Part shown: positions 61,680 through 64,000 of the stretch, in pieces
How positions within the stretch are numbered: the first letter of the stretch is position 1
How the letters are laid out: every line of letters starts with the position of its first letter
Assembly (NCBI RefSeq): GCF_009914755.1
Contig: NC_060925.1
Source: the human T2T-CHM13v2.0 reference genome, Homo sapiens
Reading direction: 5' to 3' (one strand)
Length of the DNA: 64,000 bases
Program-made: the position numbers and the translations under genes
The notes under the pieces: generated by a model
What the model was told of the DNA's origin: nothing
The model's database searches: none
The model's input: the letters and a program-made list of their open reading frames with translations, nothing else

Positions 61680-62040
61680 TGGAATCTCACAATGTTGGAT
61701 CAAAGAAATAAGACACAAAAGAGCACACACAGTATGACTCTATTTACATAAAGTTTAAAGCAGGCAGTAATATGCTATTTGGGTGTAAAATTATGAAGAA
61801 AGGCAAGGAAATGATCATCACAAAAATTAAGATCATGATCACTTCTAGGAGAGAGAGTGTTGAGATAAAGGACTCTTAGCTCATATGGTGGGTTTCTGTG
61901 AGGCTGGCAATACTCCATTTTTGACCTGGGTGGTGGTTACAAAGGTATTTGCTTATAAATTATTTGTCAGATTGTATCTATGTTTTATGCACTTTTACAT
62001 ATGTAATAGCCCCAAATTTTAAAAATGTTAATAAAAAGAT
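61680..62040 (+). mobile_element. Old L1M 3' UTR fragment
   Basis: aatctcacaatgttggatcaaagaaataagacacaaaagagcacacacagtatgactctattta. Confidence 0.7.
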
Positions 62041-64000
62041 AAAGGAAGAAAAAGAACATCCAGCCTATTTTTAAAATGCATTATAATTTTCTCAAACTGA
62101 ATTCTTCAGTTTGGGTGTCTGTATCTTGCCTGAATTCTCTATCACTGCTTGTATCAACCATTTGATGGTTGCAACAGGTTCTGATCCTGACTCAGCCTTA
62201 CAGACACTGGGAAGGCAAAAAGCTGAGCCCAGGAGACTTGCACTCTAGTTCTACAGTATTACTAATTCATTGTATGACCTTCCCTCTCTGGGCCTCAGTT
62301 TCCTCTACTGCACAATGGCAGGGGTTACAGGAGATGACTTCTCAGGTCTGTGGTCATGTGACAGGTGCCTCGGATCCCACACATCTTGCAGTGATGTCAC
62401 TGCCAGAACAAGTGAACATCCCCAAAGCAAAGCCATCAAACACCCAAGGTGGCCCTCTGATACTGCCACAGACTGTTTCTGGGGGCTGGCACCCTGCCTT
62501 TCACCACCTCCAGAATCTACAGCTAGAGAATCACTCCATCAGTTCTCAGATTCCTCCCCTCTGCGGAGACAAGAAATGTCTTTGGGCCTGATGTCCCTCG
62601 GGGATGTGAACACCGCTAAAATCCCATTGATTAATCGGGTCCCACCCTTGGATCAATGGCTGGCATTAGAGGAGCTTAGCGCAGTTTTATTAGTCTGGCT
62701 GCCCTCTTGCAGATGTTATAGATGAAGAAATAAAATGAGGAGGAGAGGGAAAAAGGACAAAATCATTAGTCTGAAAGGAGCAAAAGAGCATCTTCTCTGT
62801 TTTGTATTCAGATTTAGAGCTGCGCTGTCCAAGCCAGGAGCACACACAACAATCCATTTGTATGCTGTTTCCAGGAGTTCAGCTAGGCCTCCTGATTTCC
62901 CACTTTGCCTGATCGCTGAGATCCCAGGAGCATTTGGTCCGCAGCAATTGCCAGCCCAACCTCTGAAGCCATTTTGCAGGGCTACGAAAACACCTGAGGT
63001 CCCATTCATTCATTTATTCATTTCTCACAAGGGCAGAAGGCTTTTGCCTGACGTAGGGAAACAGGCCTAAGTATCTACCAGATAATCCATCTTGAAAATG
63101 TCATATTTGCTCTGAAGGGACTGGTCCTTCCACAGGCCTTGCAGAGAAGCCTGCTATAGCCCTCACCTTACCAAAGCTTTGGTTCCAACAGAGAAAACCC
63201 AAGGGCTCAGCTTGCTAAAGCTCTCCAGAGAGGCACTTTGAATTAAGACCAGAAATGCTTTTAAAAGACTCTGGTCTCTGGTCTTCTAATGATGACCTCT
63301 TCCTTAATTTTGTGATGGCTTCATCTGCCTCTTTCGATCATCTAGGTAGCTATAAAAAGCTGAACACCTCCTACTAACCCCATTAGGATGAAAGCGGAGG
63401 ATTTTATTATTCATTTTTCATAGGAAGAAGCTCAAACTCCCCCAGGAAGTGTAAAAGGTAGGTTTTGATGTATCTGGTTATGGAGAGGTTGCAACAAAGC
63501 AGACCCTCCGAGAATGGGAATGTCTTGTGGAAGGACAGGCAGGAAAGGTTGGGGTAACCACGCTCTGCAGGCAGGGAAGGGAATCATCTCAGGCAGTTCC
63601 ACTGACTCCAACAAGGCACGCACCACCGCTCTGTGACATGCACTGATTTCAGGACCTGCCTGGGAATCCAGGAATAACCCAAATCCCCTAGAACACTGCC
63701 TCTTGATAATTATCTGTTAAACATTTGCAACATACACACAAAGGTAACTAAACAGAATGGTTCCCTCCAGGACCATGCCGTTCATAACAGTAATAAAGCC
63801 CCTGCCACAGACAGTGTCATTATCCAAACGCCATTAACATCAATATTCGTATCAAATACCATCTGGCAAAGGAGCCTGCAAACCCAAGCTCTGGGGCTTC
63901 CCAGCCTGGTGGGAGGGGGCAGCCCACAGCCTCCTCCTTCTTCACCTAATGGCATGAGGGGGCCAGGCCTGCCTGCGAATTCAGAGCAGCAGGCCCACCC

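Overview
This is primate (most likely human) non-coding genomic DNA. I can support no protein-coding gene, tRNA, rRNA or CRISPR array. A large part of the window is interspersed repeat: about 25 Alu/FLAM/FRAM copies, a 2.9-kb 5'-truncated L1PA with target-site duplication (TSD) and a disrupted ORF2, several old L1M and L2/MIR remnants, a decayed Tigger1, solo LTRs (MLT1, MLT2, MER52-like, LTR1/LTR28-like, MER74-like) and small hAT elements. The unique DNA holds four CpG-rich segments (about 24.8-25.4, 45.25-45.96, 57.2-57.9 and 59.0-60.2 kb), a consensus CTCF site, and a dense PBX/MEIS/HOX motif cluster. Together these suggest the long-range regulatory territory of a developmental gene lying outside the window. 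I found no new protein-based system. The most unusual things visible directly in the sequence are local templated-copy scars (a 108-bp inverted copy fused to an Alu head, a 181-bp LTR copy pasted into an L1, and an Alu patch inside an LTR), two retroelements that reused the same target site, an LTR inserted into a Tigger1 terminal repeat, and a truncated U13 snoRNA retrocopy. Repeat subfamily names come from recalled consensus sequences and need RepeatMasker/Dfam confirmation. I could not identify the chromosomal locus.
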